64,000 nt of DNA, from contig CAKSVM010000004.1 in the NCBI GenBank assembly GCA_934503195.1, positions 3,865-67,864 of the forward strand. The letters run 5' to 3'. A program made the position numbers and the translations under genes. Position 1 is the first letter of the stretch; every line of letters starts with the position of its first letter. The stretch is from an uncultured Eubacteriales bacterium. Its GTDB lineage: Bacteria > Bacillota > Clostridia > Oscillospirales > CAG-272. Shown piece after piece: positions 16,285 to 26,827 of this stretch. The notes beneath the pieces were generated by a model. It ran no database searches. It saw only the letters and a program-made list of their open reading frames with translations, and was not told the origin of the DNA.

Positions 16285-17733
16285 TCATTTCATCGCACCG
16301 CAGCCCTCGACATACTGATCGATGAACTGCCTGTAGCTGCCGATCTGCGAATCAACGCTAGAGACATACTCGGCGTTCTCATTCATGAACACCGCAGAAA
16401 TCATACTGAACACGCTCGTGATGATCCCGTTGTCACATACCGGGTCGTCGAACATCATCCCTAGCACCTCGACCGCGTCGGGGTCGCGCGCGATCTTGCC
16501 ACCAAGAAGCTCATTGAAGAACGCCGGATGCACCGTCCTGCATGACTCTGCCGACAGTGCCTCGACAACATATCCGGTCATCTCAGGGTCTCTCGCTGTC
16601 TTCATCACCGCCATATAGCCCGCCCAGTTCAGGCTGTAATATCCGTCCTGACTCTCGTCATACTTCGGGAACGGAAGCACGCCGTAATCAATCTCCGACG
16701 CGCGGAGGAACGGGAAATACGACAGCGGCGCGCAATAGAACAGCGATGTCCCATCAGCGAAATTCACCGGAGGTGTTCCGCCGTTGTTCGGGTCGTTCTC
16801 GCGCGAGTGCTTCCAGATGAACGTGTCGCCGCTCTTGTAGAAGAAATTCTGGAGCTTGTCAATGATGTCGACACAGCGCTCATCCTTTATCGCGATCTCC
16901 ATATCGCCGCTGTCCCGTTTCACCATCATCTGCCCCGCGCCGGTCACTGCCGACACAAACTGCCAGCCCGAGCATCCGACAAATCCGTACTGATCCTTAT
17001 CGTCAAAGACTCCGTTTCCGTCGAGGTCGCTCGTAACGGCTTTAGACATCTCTTCGAGCTTGTCGAGCGTCCATTTGCCTGACTTGACGAGCTCATACGG
17101 ATTCTCGAGCTTGTAGGAGCCGATCATCTTTGTGTTGAAAAAGAGTCCGTTTATGTCCGGCAGGATGAAGTCCCCGGACAGGAAGGGCAGCACGCCGTCA
17201 ACCTCGAGATTCTTCCGCGAGTTCTGATTGTAATACGGCTTAGAAAGATCGACCGAACCGATGTCGTTCCAGTTCATCACGTACCCGCCGGTCAGAATGC
17301 CGATCACACCGACATAGTTGTGTGTCAGCAGCAGGTCGTAATCGTCGACGCCAGCCATGACCGTCTTCTCAACAAAGCTCAGCGTGTCGTTCTCGACGCC
17401 GAACGCGTAGGGCTTTATGTCGACGCCGAGCTTCTCCTCGACCGCGACTGTGCGCCTGTAACAGGCGTCGTTTACCGTCTCTCCGACCTCGGAGTCGGCG
17501 AAATAATAGGTCTTATAGCTCGACCAGGTCGGATACGCGATGCCGAACTCTGCGCCGTTATAGTCTACCGAATCCGGAATGTCGGGCGCGACATAGCCGT
17601 ATTTTTCGAAATCCGGATCGGCGGTCACCGGCACTGAGGTCTCACCGCCGGTCGTTTCCGGAGTCTCGGTCGGTGTCTGACCGCACGCGGTCAGCAGAAG
17701 CACGAGAATAAGTACAAAAGTCAGCTTTTTCAT
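16285..17733 (-). CDS. ABC-type extracellular solute-binding lipoprotein (sugar-binding family)
   Basis: 482 aa. Lipobox 'LLLTACGQ'. Family motifs 'SGKWTLDKLEEM' and 'LPFPKYDESQ'. ATGA overlap with the upstream hydrolase gene. Confidence 0.85.
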   Translation of the reverse strand: MKKLTFVLILVLLLTACGQTPTETPETTGGETSVPVTADPDFEKYGYVAPDIPDSVDYNGAEFGIAYPTWSSYKTYYFADSEVGETVNDACYRRTVAVEEKLGVDIKPYAFGVENDTLSFVEKTVMAGVDDYDLLLTHNYVGVIGILTGGYVMNWNDIGSVDLSKPYYNQNSRKNLEVDGVLPFLSGDFILPDINGLFFNTKMIGSYKLENPYELVKSGKWTLDKLEEMSKAVTSDLDGNGVFDDKDQYGFVGCSGWQFVSAVTGAGQMMVKRDSGDMEIAIKDERCVDIIDKLQNFFYKSGDTFIWKHSRENDPNNGGTPPVNFADGTSLFYCAPLSYFPFLRASEIDYGVLPFPKYDESQDGYYSLNWAGYMAVMKTARDPEMTGYVVEALSAESCRTVHPAFFNELLGGKIARDPDAVEVLGMMFDDPVCDNGIITSVFSMISAVFMNENAEYVSSVDSQIGSYRQFIDQYVEGCGAMK

Positions 17734-20105
17734 TTGATTATCTCCTTCGGATCAGGAATTTTGAATAACGAATCACGCTCGAACACAATCGTCTGCGGGT
17801 GATATAGATTGTAGTCAATGTCATCCCAGGACGCGAAGACATCGCTTTTCGCCGCTATCTCGTTCGCCGCGGTGTTCGCGAGGGTAAGTGTGAGCTTTCC
17901 GCTCGTCAGTCGGTCAAGTGGTATCAGCGCGGTCGATGGCGTCCCGGCGAGCGTCGCGACTGTCTCGCCATCTATCGAAACCCCTGCCGTACAGCCGTGC
18001 AGATCGAGCTCAAGCCGCGCTGCCCCAAATCCGCCGATCGAATGAGCGCAGCTCACGTCGAACTCATAGCTGACTTCGCCAGAAAACTCTTCAAGGCGGG
18101 TCTCGCTCTCATCGGCTTCGCGGCTCGAGACGCCATCCGGCGTCACCTCGAAGCGTCTTGCCGAGAGGAAAACCGGCGATGACAGTCTCAGCTCCGGAAG
18201 CTCCTCTTTATCGGTCGCGATCTCACGTTCGGTGAAAAGGAAGAAAGCAGTCTCACCCGGCGCGAGGCTGACCTTCAGACTGTCCGCGGATCTTTCGATC
18301 AGGTGCCCGCTCCTGACGTCGAGCAGACAGCAGTTTCCGCGGTCGCTTATCATGATCTCGTCCGCGATCGGCTCGGTCGACTCGTTGAAGAGCGTGTATA
18401 TCCGCCCGTCTGAGTACCTGCGCGCCGAAATCCGCAGAGCCTTGTTTGAGCAGGTGGCAAGCGGCTCCCCTCTGCCGGGATAGCGCGCGGCTTTTTCGAT
18501 GACGTCGATTGGTGCTTCCGAATTCTCAGGGATGATGACGTGACGGTAGACCGCTCTGCCGAGTCTCAGGCAGCCGTCCGACTCGGTCGCGTCGCGCACT
18601 CCGTCCGCGTTGATCAGGTCGAAATCTATCCCGAGCTCCTCGAGCTCCTTTCCGAGTGCTATGAAGCTCTCATATGCCGCCTTCTGCCGTCGGCTCACGG
18701 CGGCTTCGGATGGAACATAGAGCACTGTGTCGCAGATGCGGTCGCCGATTTGCGAGAGGTAGCACTCGCGCGCGCAGGTCTTGTAGAAATCACGCATGTT
18801 GTAAAATCCCGGCTTTTCGGGGCAGAGTGCCGGTCGCATGCAGAGTGCCAGACCGCGCTTTCTTCCATATGGGAGCGACATGAAGTTGAAGACATTTATT
18901 CCGCGGATGAGCTGGTAATTCATCACGTAGCGCATCTGATCGGGCGTCACTCCGTCGCCGTAGACCGAAAAGCTCTCGCTGAGCGCGAGTATCCCGCCGC
19001 TCTGGACAGCTGCCGACGACGCAAAGCGCGGGTAGAAGTCGATGCCGTCGTACTCCGGATCAACCGCCGGTCCGGGAAAAATCTGCCGCCAGATAACGTC
19101 TATGCCGGGAATGCCAAAGGTTCGCAGGATCGGCATCCGGTCGGCGTGTCCACACATTATTCCGCTCGACAGGGTGTTATCCTTGTCGAGATGTCCGCCG
19201 AGATAAACTCCGGTCTTTTCGCAGCGCGCGGCGTATTTCTTAAAGAACACGCGGTCAAACTCGTCGCGACAGAACTCGTTGTAATCGGCGACCGCACGCT
19301 CTTCAGCCGTTGTCTTCGCACCGCCGCAGACCGCCGGAAACCAGTCGCGAAGGTCGTAGCGATAGCGCGCCATAAAACGCGCTCCGAAGCCGTCCGCCCA
19401 AGCCGGCATCATCAGCCGCGGTTCGTCGGTGAAGCAGAGACTGATGTTATCGAGCAGCTCGCGCGGCAGCTTTTCAAACGCGCCGAAGGTGATATCGAGG
19501 AAGGCGTCGACGGCTTTTTCGTCGATGAGGTTAACGAAATTGTCATTCGGAAGATACTCGGCGGCAAAGTACTCGGTGAGGTCGGTGTCGTCTTCAGCGT
19601 TGAATCCGGCACTTATCCGAGTCCCGCCCGCGAAGGCGGCGAGCACATCGTCCTTCGGAAGGTATCGGACACCCGCCGGGAGAGTCAGCTTCCGCGGAGT
19701 CAGAACCTTCGCCGCGGCGTCCGGATATTGCTTTCGGACAAGTCCGCAAGCTCCGCCTGACGGCCATCCGCCCTCATCGTAGAGCCAGAGTGCCATTCCT
19801 TTCCCGGCGGCGCAGCTGTAGGCGAGCGTGAGAAGCCCGATGTATTCGTCCGAAAGGTAATCGGGCTCGAGCGGTGTGCGCTGCTTTTCGGGGCGGAAGT
19901 TCTTCGGCTCTGCGAGGACATAGATGCCCTTTATTCCGGCGCGCTCGAAATCGTCGAGCTGAGAGCGTATTCCTTCGGGCGTGATAGTGTCGTTCCAGAC
20001 CCAGGCGTAGACCGGGTAAGCACTTGTCGGCGGGGTTTTGAAGAGTTCAGGTTCGAAGGCATCGAAGCCGTTTCTTGATAGTTTTCGTTTCTTATCATTC
20101 TGCAT
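17730..20105 (-). CDS. Glycoside-hydrolase-like protein (TIM-barrel N-terminus plus jelly-roll C-terminus; family uncertain)
   Basis: ORF 17730..20300. 'YAWVWNDTITPEGIRSQLDDFERAGIKGIYV' and 'FTDEPR' resemble large uncharacterised glycosidases, and it is a paralog of 58923-61874. I moved the start to the ATG at 20105 (MQNDKK), which is preceded by GGAGAA. The upstream 65 codons run through the divergent promoter region. Confidence 0.65.
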   Translation of the reverse strand: MQNDKKRKLSRNGFDAFEPELFKTPPTSAYPVYAWVWNDTITPEGIRSQLDDFERAGIKGIYVLAEPKNFRPEKQRTPLEPDYLSDEYIGLLTLAYSCAAGKGMALWLYDEGGWPSGGACGLVRKQYPDAAAKVLTPRKLTLPAGVRYLPKDDVLAAFAGGTRISAGFNAEDDTDLTEYFAAEYLPNDNFVNLIDEKAVDAFLDITFGAFEKLPRELLDNISLCFTDEPRLMMPAWADGFGARFMARYRYDLRDWFPAVCGGAKTTAEERAVADYNEFCRDEFDRVFFKKYAARCEKTGVYLGGHLDKDNTLSSGIMCGHADRMPILRTFGIPGIDVIWRQIFPGPAVDPEYDGIDFYPRFASSAAVQSGGILALSESFSVYGDGVTPDQMRYVMNYQLIRGINVFNFMSLPYGRKRGLALCMRPALCPEKPGFYNMRDFYKTCARECYLSQIGDRICDTVLYVPSEAAVSRRQKAAYESFIALGKELEELGIDFDLINADGVRDATESDGCLRLGRAVYRHVIIPENSEAPIDVIEKAARYPGRGEPLATCSNKALRISARRYSDGRIYTLFNESTEPIADEIMISDRGNCCLLDVRSGHLIERSADSLKVSLAPGETAFFLFTEREIATDKEELPELRLSSPVFLSARRFEVTPDGVSSREADESETRLEEFSGEVSYEFDVSCAHSIGGFGAARLELDLHGCTAGVSIDGETVATLAGTPSTALIPLDRLTSGKLTLTLANTAANEIAAKSDVFASWDDIDYNLYHPQTIVFERDSLFKIPDPKEIIK

Positions 20106-20290
20106 TTTGGTTCTCCGGCAGCGGATGTACATATGTCCGCGCGTTTTTTTGTCTGTTTCGGTCGGTTGGTATTGACAAATACCTGAATTTATCGTATAAT
20201 AATTATAATACACCGAGTCTGATTTGTATATGACCGGAAAAGCTATTTTATTGTCAGAAATCGTCTTTTTTGACGTGAGAGGAGCGATAT

Positions 20291-21088
20291 ATGGAGACAA
20301 ACATCTGGTTTATACTGACCTATGGGTCAACCCGCGCACCAGCGGACTGGGTGCAGAACCACAAAATAAACATGCAGAAGCTCTACTACATCAAAGGCGG
20401 GACAGCCTGGTACACCGACAAAAGAGGAGAACGGCAAAGATTCATACCCGGAATGATCTACCTGTTCCCGTACAATTTCGAGTATCGGTTCGAGAACGAC
20501 AGGAACGACCCGCTCGACCACGTCTACTTTGATTTTCTTTCGTCTCCGCCCCTGATCGCCGACTCGCCGCTGATCTACAAGCCCAAGGAGGATCACGGAC
20601 TGTTGACGTTATTCAAGGCGTTTGAGGAATTTTGTTTCAGCACGCCGGATATTGAAGGTTGGCGCAAGCGCTTCGAGCTCCAGGAAATAATGAACGCGGG
20701 ACGCGGCTCAGTCGAGGAAATAAAGCGGATCGTACACCGCATGCTGCTTGCGATGCTCGATCTGCTCTCGTATAATGTTGAGCTGCCGTTCGTAGACGAC
20801 AGGATGGTCTGTGAAACGCTCGATATGATCCGCGAAAACTACACGCAGCCGATCAAAGTCACGGACATGGCGGCACGTTCGGGGTACGAGGTGAATTATT
20901 TCATAAAGCGGTTCCGGTCGATGATGAATCAGACGCCATACGCGTATCTGCGCGCCTATCGAATAATGAACGCGTATCAGCTGATCTCAGCCGGTGAGAC
21001 ACTTGAGTCGGCTGCCGTGAAGTCGGGTTATTCTGACGGCGCGTCGCTGTCTCACGCGATGCGGGCGTTCGACACACGCAATGGGTGA
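20291..21088 (+). CDS. AraC family transcriptional regulator
   Basis: 265 aa. C-terminal AraC HTH 'MAARSGYEVNYFIKRFRSMMNQTPYAYLRAYR'. RBS GAGGAG. Divergent from the hydrolase-SBP operon. Confidence 0.85.
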   Translation: METNIWFILTYGSTRAPADWVQNHKINMQKLYYIKGGTAWYTDKRGERQRFIPGMIYLFPYNFEYRFENDRNDPLDHVYFDFLSSPPLIADSPLIYKPKEDHGLLTLFKAFEEFCFSTPDIEGWRKRFELQEIMNAGRGSVEEIKRIVHRMLLAMLDLLSYNVELPFVDDRMVCETLDMIRENYTQPIKVTDMAARSGYEVNYFIKRFRSMMNQTPYAYLRAYRIMNAYQLISAGETLESAAVKSGYSDGASLSHAMRAFDTRNG

Positions 21089-21162
21089 GAAGAGAAGGCG
21101 GTTTCGGGGATTCATAGCGAATGCAATAATCGCCGCCATTAAACCAACTGCACGGAGAATTT

Positions 21163-22444
21163 GGGTTCATCCGCAAAAACAAGTATAATTACAATTTGAG
21201 CATCAATTTAGCGGCAAGCAGCTTTCTGCTGCAACGACCATACATGGTACGCTTAACCATCTTGAGCTTGTTGTTAGTTTCTTCCACAAATCCGTTAGAA
21301 AGTCTGGATGAGATCGCGTTCAGTATCGCGTCAATGTCATCTTCAACGCTTCTCGCAAGCCCGGAAAGCAACTTGATGCCTGAATCACGGTATTTTTCAA
21401 TGAATCTTATCATAAGCGATTGATGTCCTTTGCGGAATATCTCTCTGAACTCATGTATGCAGGTGTACAATATACGTATATCCTGATATTTTTCAAAAAT
21501 CCATACACGCATAGCTTCATCGAGAGCTTCGCCCATCCATAGAAATCGGAATACTTTCTTGCGTGACACATATGTGTATTTTGAGATTTCTTTCCGCTTT
21601 TCCTTTTGCTCAGGTGAACAGTTCCGCATTGGTATAAGCTCGATTCCGTAATGTTCCGCGAGCTTGTTCATGTAGTCATAAGCAGCAGTATTTCCGCACT
21701 TGAGTCCCTGTGATCTCATGCCGCGAAGTATATTGCTTCTGCACACTCCATCAGCCAGAGACTTCATTATGTAATCGCGGTATCGGTCAACTCCGCTCGA
21801 TAATGTGGTCGTACATATATTCACCATATTCCCGCTGAGATATTTGATCATCGTATTGCGGCTGCACCTGAGTTTCCTGCTGATAGCTCGCATGCTTTAT
21901 CCGGCTTCAGACAGATCGTATATATTAGACCTGTTCAAGCTTTTTCTCAGAAAAGTAGTCAGGATCAGGATTTTCATTAAATTTCTCAGCTTTTTTCGAG
22001 TGCCATATCGTCGGCACTCACGTCTGCCACACCATTGTCAGTTTGGGCTGGCTGATCATTATGTTCATCCTTATCATCGAATGCATCCAAATCCGGGATA
22101 TTCTCTCCATTATTACCGGCAGATTGCAGTTAATTTGTCGGGATCTTAGTATTTGAGGGGATGCATCCCTGCAATGCGCCTCTTATCGCTTCAAGCAGAT
22201 TCTGATGCAGGTGGAATCGATCGGCTATCTGCATTGCGTCCGGCAGTGTCTCGTTCAGGGCACTTGCATACGCGCTTGCACGGTCTCTTGTCACGGTTCT
22301 TACGTGGCGATTGTTCTTGAGCCATTCTTTGAGTGTGTCACTATCTCTGCCTTCCAGAAGAGCCACAGGTCTGTGAGTTGCACCATCAACGACTATGGTG
22401 TCATATGTCTTGCGTTTTTTGAACGCAAAGTCATCTATGCCGAC
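21163..22444 (-). mobile_element. ISL3-family transposase remnant (5'-truncated and frameshifted)
   Basis: Codons from about 22444 'GIDDFAFKKRKTYDTIVVD...TRDRASAY...ADRFHLHQNL' form the DDE N-terminal half. ORF 21189-21893 ends '...NGFVEETNNKLKMVKRTMYGRCS', the ISL3 C-terminus. The two parts are in different frames. The DNA is AT-richer. A possible terminal repeat GGGTTCATCCGCAAAAAC lies at 21163-21180. The zinc-finger/HTH N-terminus is absent. Confidence 0.65.
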
Positions 22445-22481
22445 ACATTCACCGCATTTTTCCTCGGGCTGTGCCGAATGA

Positions 22482-22784
22482 CGGCGGAGCGCGCTGCTCG
22501 GCGTCAATCCGAACTCGCTGACCGACCGCGTCAAAGCCGATCTCTTTGCGAAGGTCTCGGTCGATCTGCGCCCCGGCGATCTCAACTGGGCTTCAGACAG
22601 TCTCGAGACCTGCGTCGCGGAATTCGCCGCGCGGCTCATGGACTCGGATCACGACGCGGTGATCTGCTCAAACGACACGGTTGCGATACGGCTACTTTGC
22701 AGGCTGCCAACCGATACTGTCCCCGACTGCCTATATGTCGTCGGCATGGGCAACTCATATATCATGGATAATTCCCTGCGTTAG
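22482..22784 (+). pseudogene. Fragment of a LacI/periplasmic-binding-fold regulator (sugar-binding domain piece)
   Basis: A frame not listed in the ORF track has no start codon. It reads '...DHDAVICSNDTVAIRLLCRL...CLYVVGMGNSYIMDNSLR*'. This is a GC-rich block wedged between two AT-rich blocks. Confidence 0.45.
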
Positions 22785-23050
22785 GTACAGGGTATTACTT
22801 CAGCAACCACTAACCTTAGTTCAAATATATCACATTCCCAAAGGGGTGAACGTTTTGTTCCCCCCTTTGCCATCGTCGCATACAAGAAACTGCTTACTTA
22901 CGTCAACTCCGGACAAAATCTTGCCTATTAACTTATGGTTTCTTCTGAATGTTCTGTAATAGGTCAAATTGACTTTCGTCGTAATTTAATTGTAAACATT
23001 CTTCGAATGTTCTCATATGCGTATAATATTGTTGAGTTATTATAATCGAG

Positions 23051-23287
23051 GTGAAGATTGTGGATTATATAGTTAAACTAACCACTATTGCAAAATCGCA
23101 TGGTGGAATTATCGAAACAAGAATATCAGCACAGCACGGCATCTCCAAAGTGATGCTTTATAATTTATGCAAAGAAGACAAAATCCATCGCATTGTAAAA
23201 GGGCAATACATTCTTCCAGATGATATGCAGGACGAATTGCTGTCCATCAGCAAGCGTTCTGACAGAATAATTTTCTCCGCGTGTTGA
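23051..23287 (+). pseudogene. AbiEi-type antitoxin N-terminal fragment (truncated)
   Basis: 78 codons 'GGIIETRISAQHGISKVMLYNLCKEDKIHRIVKGQYILPDD...RIIFS' match the AbiEi wHTH N-terminus. The frame ends abruptly at the junction with an opposite-strand fragment. No AbiEii toxin gene is present. Confidence 0.55.
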
Positions 23288-23609
23288 GTATCTTTACCGT
23301 CATGTCCGGGTCAATGTTGTTGTAGTAGACGAGCCGCAATTCCCCGAGCGTTTCGCCGCCGTAATAGTAATCGTCGGTCGGAAAGAGAAGCTGTCCATAG
23401 CCTTCGAAGACCGGGTCGCTCATGACGTCGGCGATCTTCGTGTCTCTCGTGTAGGGTTCGGCCACTGTGTTATCATTCCTTTCGGCGGTCGGTGCAGATT
23501 CATCGGTCAAAACCTTTTCATTCGGAGTGTTGTCCGGCGAAACCGCCATCTGACAGCCCGTAAGTGTCAGGATAACCGCCAGAACCGCGGTCAATGCCCT
23601 TGATTTCAT
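23247..23609 (-). pseudogene. N-terminal fragment of a lipoprotein (possibly alpha/beta-hydrolase family), truncated
   Basis: Lipobox 'LTLTGCQ'. After about 110 aa the frame runs into the AbiEi fragment, and the last about 10 codons look like read-through. Confidence 0.4.
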
Positions 23610-23704
23610 GTCATTCGCCGCTCATTTCTTCTTTCTGACTATATTATAGCAGAAAAGAGACCTCTTGTGAAGTCTCTTTTGGTTTATCAGTTTATACCTT
23701 TTGG

Positions 23705-24418
23705 TTATGACTCATCGCAGATTTTCGCCGCGGCTTCGAGGAAACGCTTCACGTTCGGCGTAGGCTCTGGCGAGTGCAGGATGCCATACGGTATCGTATG
23801 ATCCCACTCGACCGGGATGATCTTCAGAAGCGGGTGAACGTCCGCCCAGCCGCCTATCGCGAGCAGAACGTCGTTCGAGTTCTCACAGCGGTTGAAGATG
23901 TCCATACTGTAGAAATCGAAGTCGATGATATTTATCTTCGGATGGTTCTGCCAGAGGTCGTCGCGGAGCTGGTCGACATAATGACTCCATCCGCGGTGCA
24001 TCAGCAGAAGATTTTCGCCGTAGAGATCAGAGACCAGAAGCCTGTCCTTTTCGGCGAGCTTATGGTGTATTGAGACGGCACAGCAGAGCGGTTTTCTTGA
24101 AAGCTCAAGTCCGGCACAGCCGCGCAGATTCAGCATCGTCTCGTCGAATATTTCACCGATGACATCGATGTTTTTTCAGAGATTACCGAGAATTTCGCGT
24201 GCGTTCTCGGGTGTGTTCTCAAATGGGACGATCTGGAATTTCATATCGGGGTGAAGCTCCTGCACCTTTGACCAGAGCCGCATCAGAAGCTGCGCGGGAG
24301 TCATAGGCGACACGGAGAAAGGTTTCGAGCTGGGGATTGTACATACGGATGCTCCTTTCGGGGGAATGGCATGGTCTGCGCCGATTACTATTTTATCACA
24401 CATTTTTTGAAAAGTCAA
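23705..24418 (-). pseudogene. LysR-type regulator remnant (substrate-binding domain only, in-frame stop)
   Basis: ORFs 24176-24418 and 23705-24136 are in the same frame, separated by a TGA at 24176-24178 ('ILGNL*KNIDVIGEIFDE'). The N-terminal wHTH (about 90 aa) is missing. Confidence 0.6.
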
Positions 24419-24589
24419 TGAAGGTGAGTAAAATTTTTGAAATCTCGGTTTTTATAGTATCGGAAGACGACGTTCGGGAATTTCTGCGTCACAGCGTTTC
24501 TGTCGTAACACATTTCTTTGACTCTATCGGGTGCCTTTAACTATTATAGCTCTTTCGTGGCTTTTGGGAAGTGCCTTTTGATGAAAATT

Positions 24590-24634
24590 AAAAGTGTGGT
24601 CTCAGACGCTTTTCGCGGGTGAGATCACACTTTT
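24590..24634. terminator. Palindromic hairpin, copy A (terminator of the glycyl radical enzyme gene)
   Basis: AAAAGTGTGGTCTCA-N15-TGAGATCACACTTTT. T-runs follow on both strands. The stem and loop sequence are shared with the copies at 30122 and 32347. Confidence 0.65.
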
Positions 24635-24704
24635 TATTATTTATGAATTGCCATTAGAAGTCTTATGTCGTCGGACTATTTTCCCTTCCGGCTTTTGCCG
24701 CGGA

Positions 24705-26825
24705 TCACTCATCATGCGGCGTTCTGGCGATTATCTCGTCCTGAAGCGCGGTGTGGAGCGTCACGAAATATTCCGAGAAGCCCGAGACGCGGACGCGCAG
24801 GCTCTTGTATTTGTCGGGATCGACCTTCGCGTTCAGTAAATCCTGCCGTGAGACGTAGGTCAGCTGGAAATGAGTTCCTCCCGCCTTGAAATAGCTCTCA
24901 AAGAGCTTAACGAGCTTCTCAAACTGCGCGTCGTCGCGGACGATCTTCTCGTCGAGCATAACATTCGTTACGCTCGGACCGGTCATGATGCAGTTCGGGT
25001 CATACTTCGCCACCGAACTTAACAGCGCGGTCAGTCCGCTTCTGTCCTTGCCGTTTATCTGGCCGATGCCGAAGGTCAGCGCGTCGCCCGAATGACGTCC
25101 GTCCGGAGTCGCCTTCGTCGCGTCGCCGAAGAACTTGTGATGTTCGTTGTAGCCGATCAGATTTCCGAAGATCCACGGCTTTTTCATGTAATTCGTGTCG
25201 TTGTCCCACTCGTCAAGCGCGGATGTGAAGAGCCTTGCGGCCTCGTTTGAGGTGTCGTCGTCGTTGCCGAAGAATTTTCCCTTGTGAAGTATCAGGTTCC
25301 GCAGATCCTCGTATCCGGCCCAGTCGGCGTCAAGCGCGTCGCAGAGTTCTTTCATGCTGACAAGCTTTTCGTCGTAGACGAACTGCTTTACAATCGCCAG
25401 CGAGTCGATCACGTTCGGGATTCCGATGAGATCTCCGAGCGCGGTATATTTCGTCGCGCCGCCCTGAGTGACGCTGGCCGCGTTCTTTATACAGCCGTCG
25501 ATGAATACCGCGCTGACGATATTCACGTCGCGCGAGCGGATGTTCTGAAGTCCGTGGCTGATCGACTCGGCCTCCCAGAGATCCTCGAAAAGCACGCGCT
25601 TGTAGATTTTCATGAAATCGTCAAAGGTCGCGGCGTTTATAACCTTGTCGCGGAAATCGTGGAAGGTCCGCTCGACCGAGCGGAGAATGTTCATCGGATC
25701 AAAGCCGAAGACGATTCCGCCTGGGAGAGCGATCTCATTGCAGCCGATCATCGAGTAGCTTATCGCGTCGCGCTTTGAAAAGCCCGAGTATTTCATGAGC
25801 CCGTTTATGCGCGGGACGTCGCTTACAAAGGCGACGCGTTTGTTCGGATCCTTCCGCTCGTGATCAAGCATGAAGCGGAGAACCTCGGTCGGGGTCTTCG
25901 GCGTCCAGCGGAGTGTGATCTGCGGAATCCATGTCGGAAGCTCAAGGAGTGAGTCGACAATCAGCCGCGAAAACTCGTTGAAGCCGTCCTCGCCGTTCTC
26001 AAGGAAGCCGCCGACACAGAAATGCGTCTCGCCGCCGCGATGGAAACGGTCTGAGTGGACATAGATCCGCCCCTGAAGCAGAAGGAAGAATTCCTGCAAA
26101 AGCGCGCTGACCTCGTCATCGCTTCTTCCGGCCGCCTTGTCCTTAAGGTAGAAGGGGTAGAGATAGCGGTCAATAAGTCCGATGCTGTCAGGGAGATACG
26201 GATAGATCATCGCGAGCGAAAGTATCGCCTCGTAGAAATCCTCCGCCGGATATTCCGGAACCTTTCTGAGCTTTTCCGAGAGGAGAAGCAGATTTTCGCG
26301 GTATTCCGGATTTTCCGCCGACTCCGCTAGCTTTTTCGCGTAGTCCGAGCATTTGTGCGCCCAGGCTGTCGCCGAGTCGCAGAAATCTGAGAGTGCTCCG
26401 AGAAATTCGAGCGCGCGTTCGTCGCCTTTATGCGCCTCGGCCGAGTCGGCGATCTCGCGCTTTATCTGAACGAATCCGCCTTTTATGATCTTCTCAAAAT
26501 CGCCCGCCGCGTGCTGCCACTCGAAGGTCAGGAGGTTGTGCACGGGTTTGTTGTAGAAGTTCCGGCTGGCTTCGGCGAAATTTCTGTGACCCGAGCGGCC
26601 GAATATATCGCCCTCGACGCTTCCGTCAAAGGCGAGGAAGCATGGCATACGGCTCTCCTCGAAGATCAGCGGCGTCTGGTTCGCCATGTACTCGCCGAGT
26701 CTTTTCGACGACATTTTCACCGGGGAGAGAAAGAGATCCTCGCGGCTGTACGCGGTCGGCGTTGTGTGAAAGTTCATACTGCCGTCAAGGGCTTTATTCA
26801 GCAGGGAATTTATTCTTTTATTCAT
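24705..26825 (-). CDS. Glycyl radical enzyme (PFL2/dehydratase-like family), substrate unknown
   Basis: 706 aa. C-terminal glycine-radical motif 'LRVRVSGFSEYFVTL'. Cys-loop 'SMIGCNEIALPGG' (GCxE). Overall PFL-like N-terminal pattern. Confidence 0.8.
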   Translation of the reverse strand: MNKRINSLLNKALDGSMNFHTTPTAYSREDLFLSPVKMSSKRLGEYMANQTPLIFEESRMPCFLAFDGSVEGDIFGRSGHRNFAEASRNFYNKPVHNLLTFEWQHAAGDFEKIIKGGFVQIKREIADSAEAHKGDERALEFLGALSDFCDSATAWAHKCSDYAKKLAESAENPEYRENLLLLSEKLRKVPEYPAEDFYEAILSLAMIYPYLPDSIGLIDRYLYPFYLKDKAAGRSDDEVSALLQEFFLLLQGRIYVHSDRFHRGGETHFCVGGFLENGEDGFNEFSRLIVDSLLELPTWIPQITLRWTPKTPTEVLRFMLDHERKDPNKRVAFVSDVPRINGLMKYSGFSKRDAISYSMIGCNEIALPGGIVFGFDPMNILRSVERTFHDFRDKVINAATFDDFMKIYKRVLFEDLWEAESISHGLQNIRSRDVNIVSAVFIDGCIKNAASVTQGGATKYTALGDLIGIPNVIDSLAIVKQFVYDEKLVSMKELCDALDADWAGYEDLRNLILHKGKFFGNDDDTSNEAARLFTSALDEWDNDTNYMKKPWIFGNLIGYNEHHKFFGDATKATPDGRHSGDALTFGIGQINGKDRSGLTALLSSVAKYDPNCIMTGPSVTNVMLDEKIVRDDAQFEKLVKLFESYFKAGGTHFQLTYVSRQDLLNAKVDPDKYKSLRVRVSGFSEYFVTLHTALQDEIIARTPHDE

Positions 26826-26827
26826 AG

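Noticed and set aside
20106-20300. N-terminal extensions offered by the ORF track. These are 17730-20300, 34176-36050, 36993-39947, 48657-50216, 96-1262, 8520-10022, 9976-11433, 36103-36921 and 47753-48586.
   Set aside because: In each case an internal start is preceded by a good Shine-Dalgarno sequence and removes odd, non-conserved leader residues or long overlaps with the upstream gene. I report the shorter coordinates.
22445-22639. The first about 65 codons of ORF 22130-22639, as if they were the transposase N-terminus.
   Set aside because: The sequence there is GC-rich, Arg/Ser-rich and antisense to a LacI-type fragment. ISL3 homology only begins at 'GIDDFAFKK'. This is read-through, not a real N-terminus.
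24637-24680. An inverted, roughly 14/18 match near hairpin copy A (GAAGTCTTATGTCGTCG) to the CGATAACATAAGGACTTT flank of hairpin copies B and C.
   Set aside because: It is short, gapped, in the opposite orientation and at a different distance from the hairpin. It could easily be chance.
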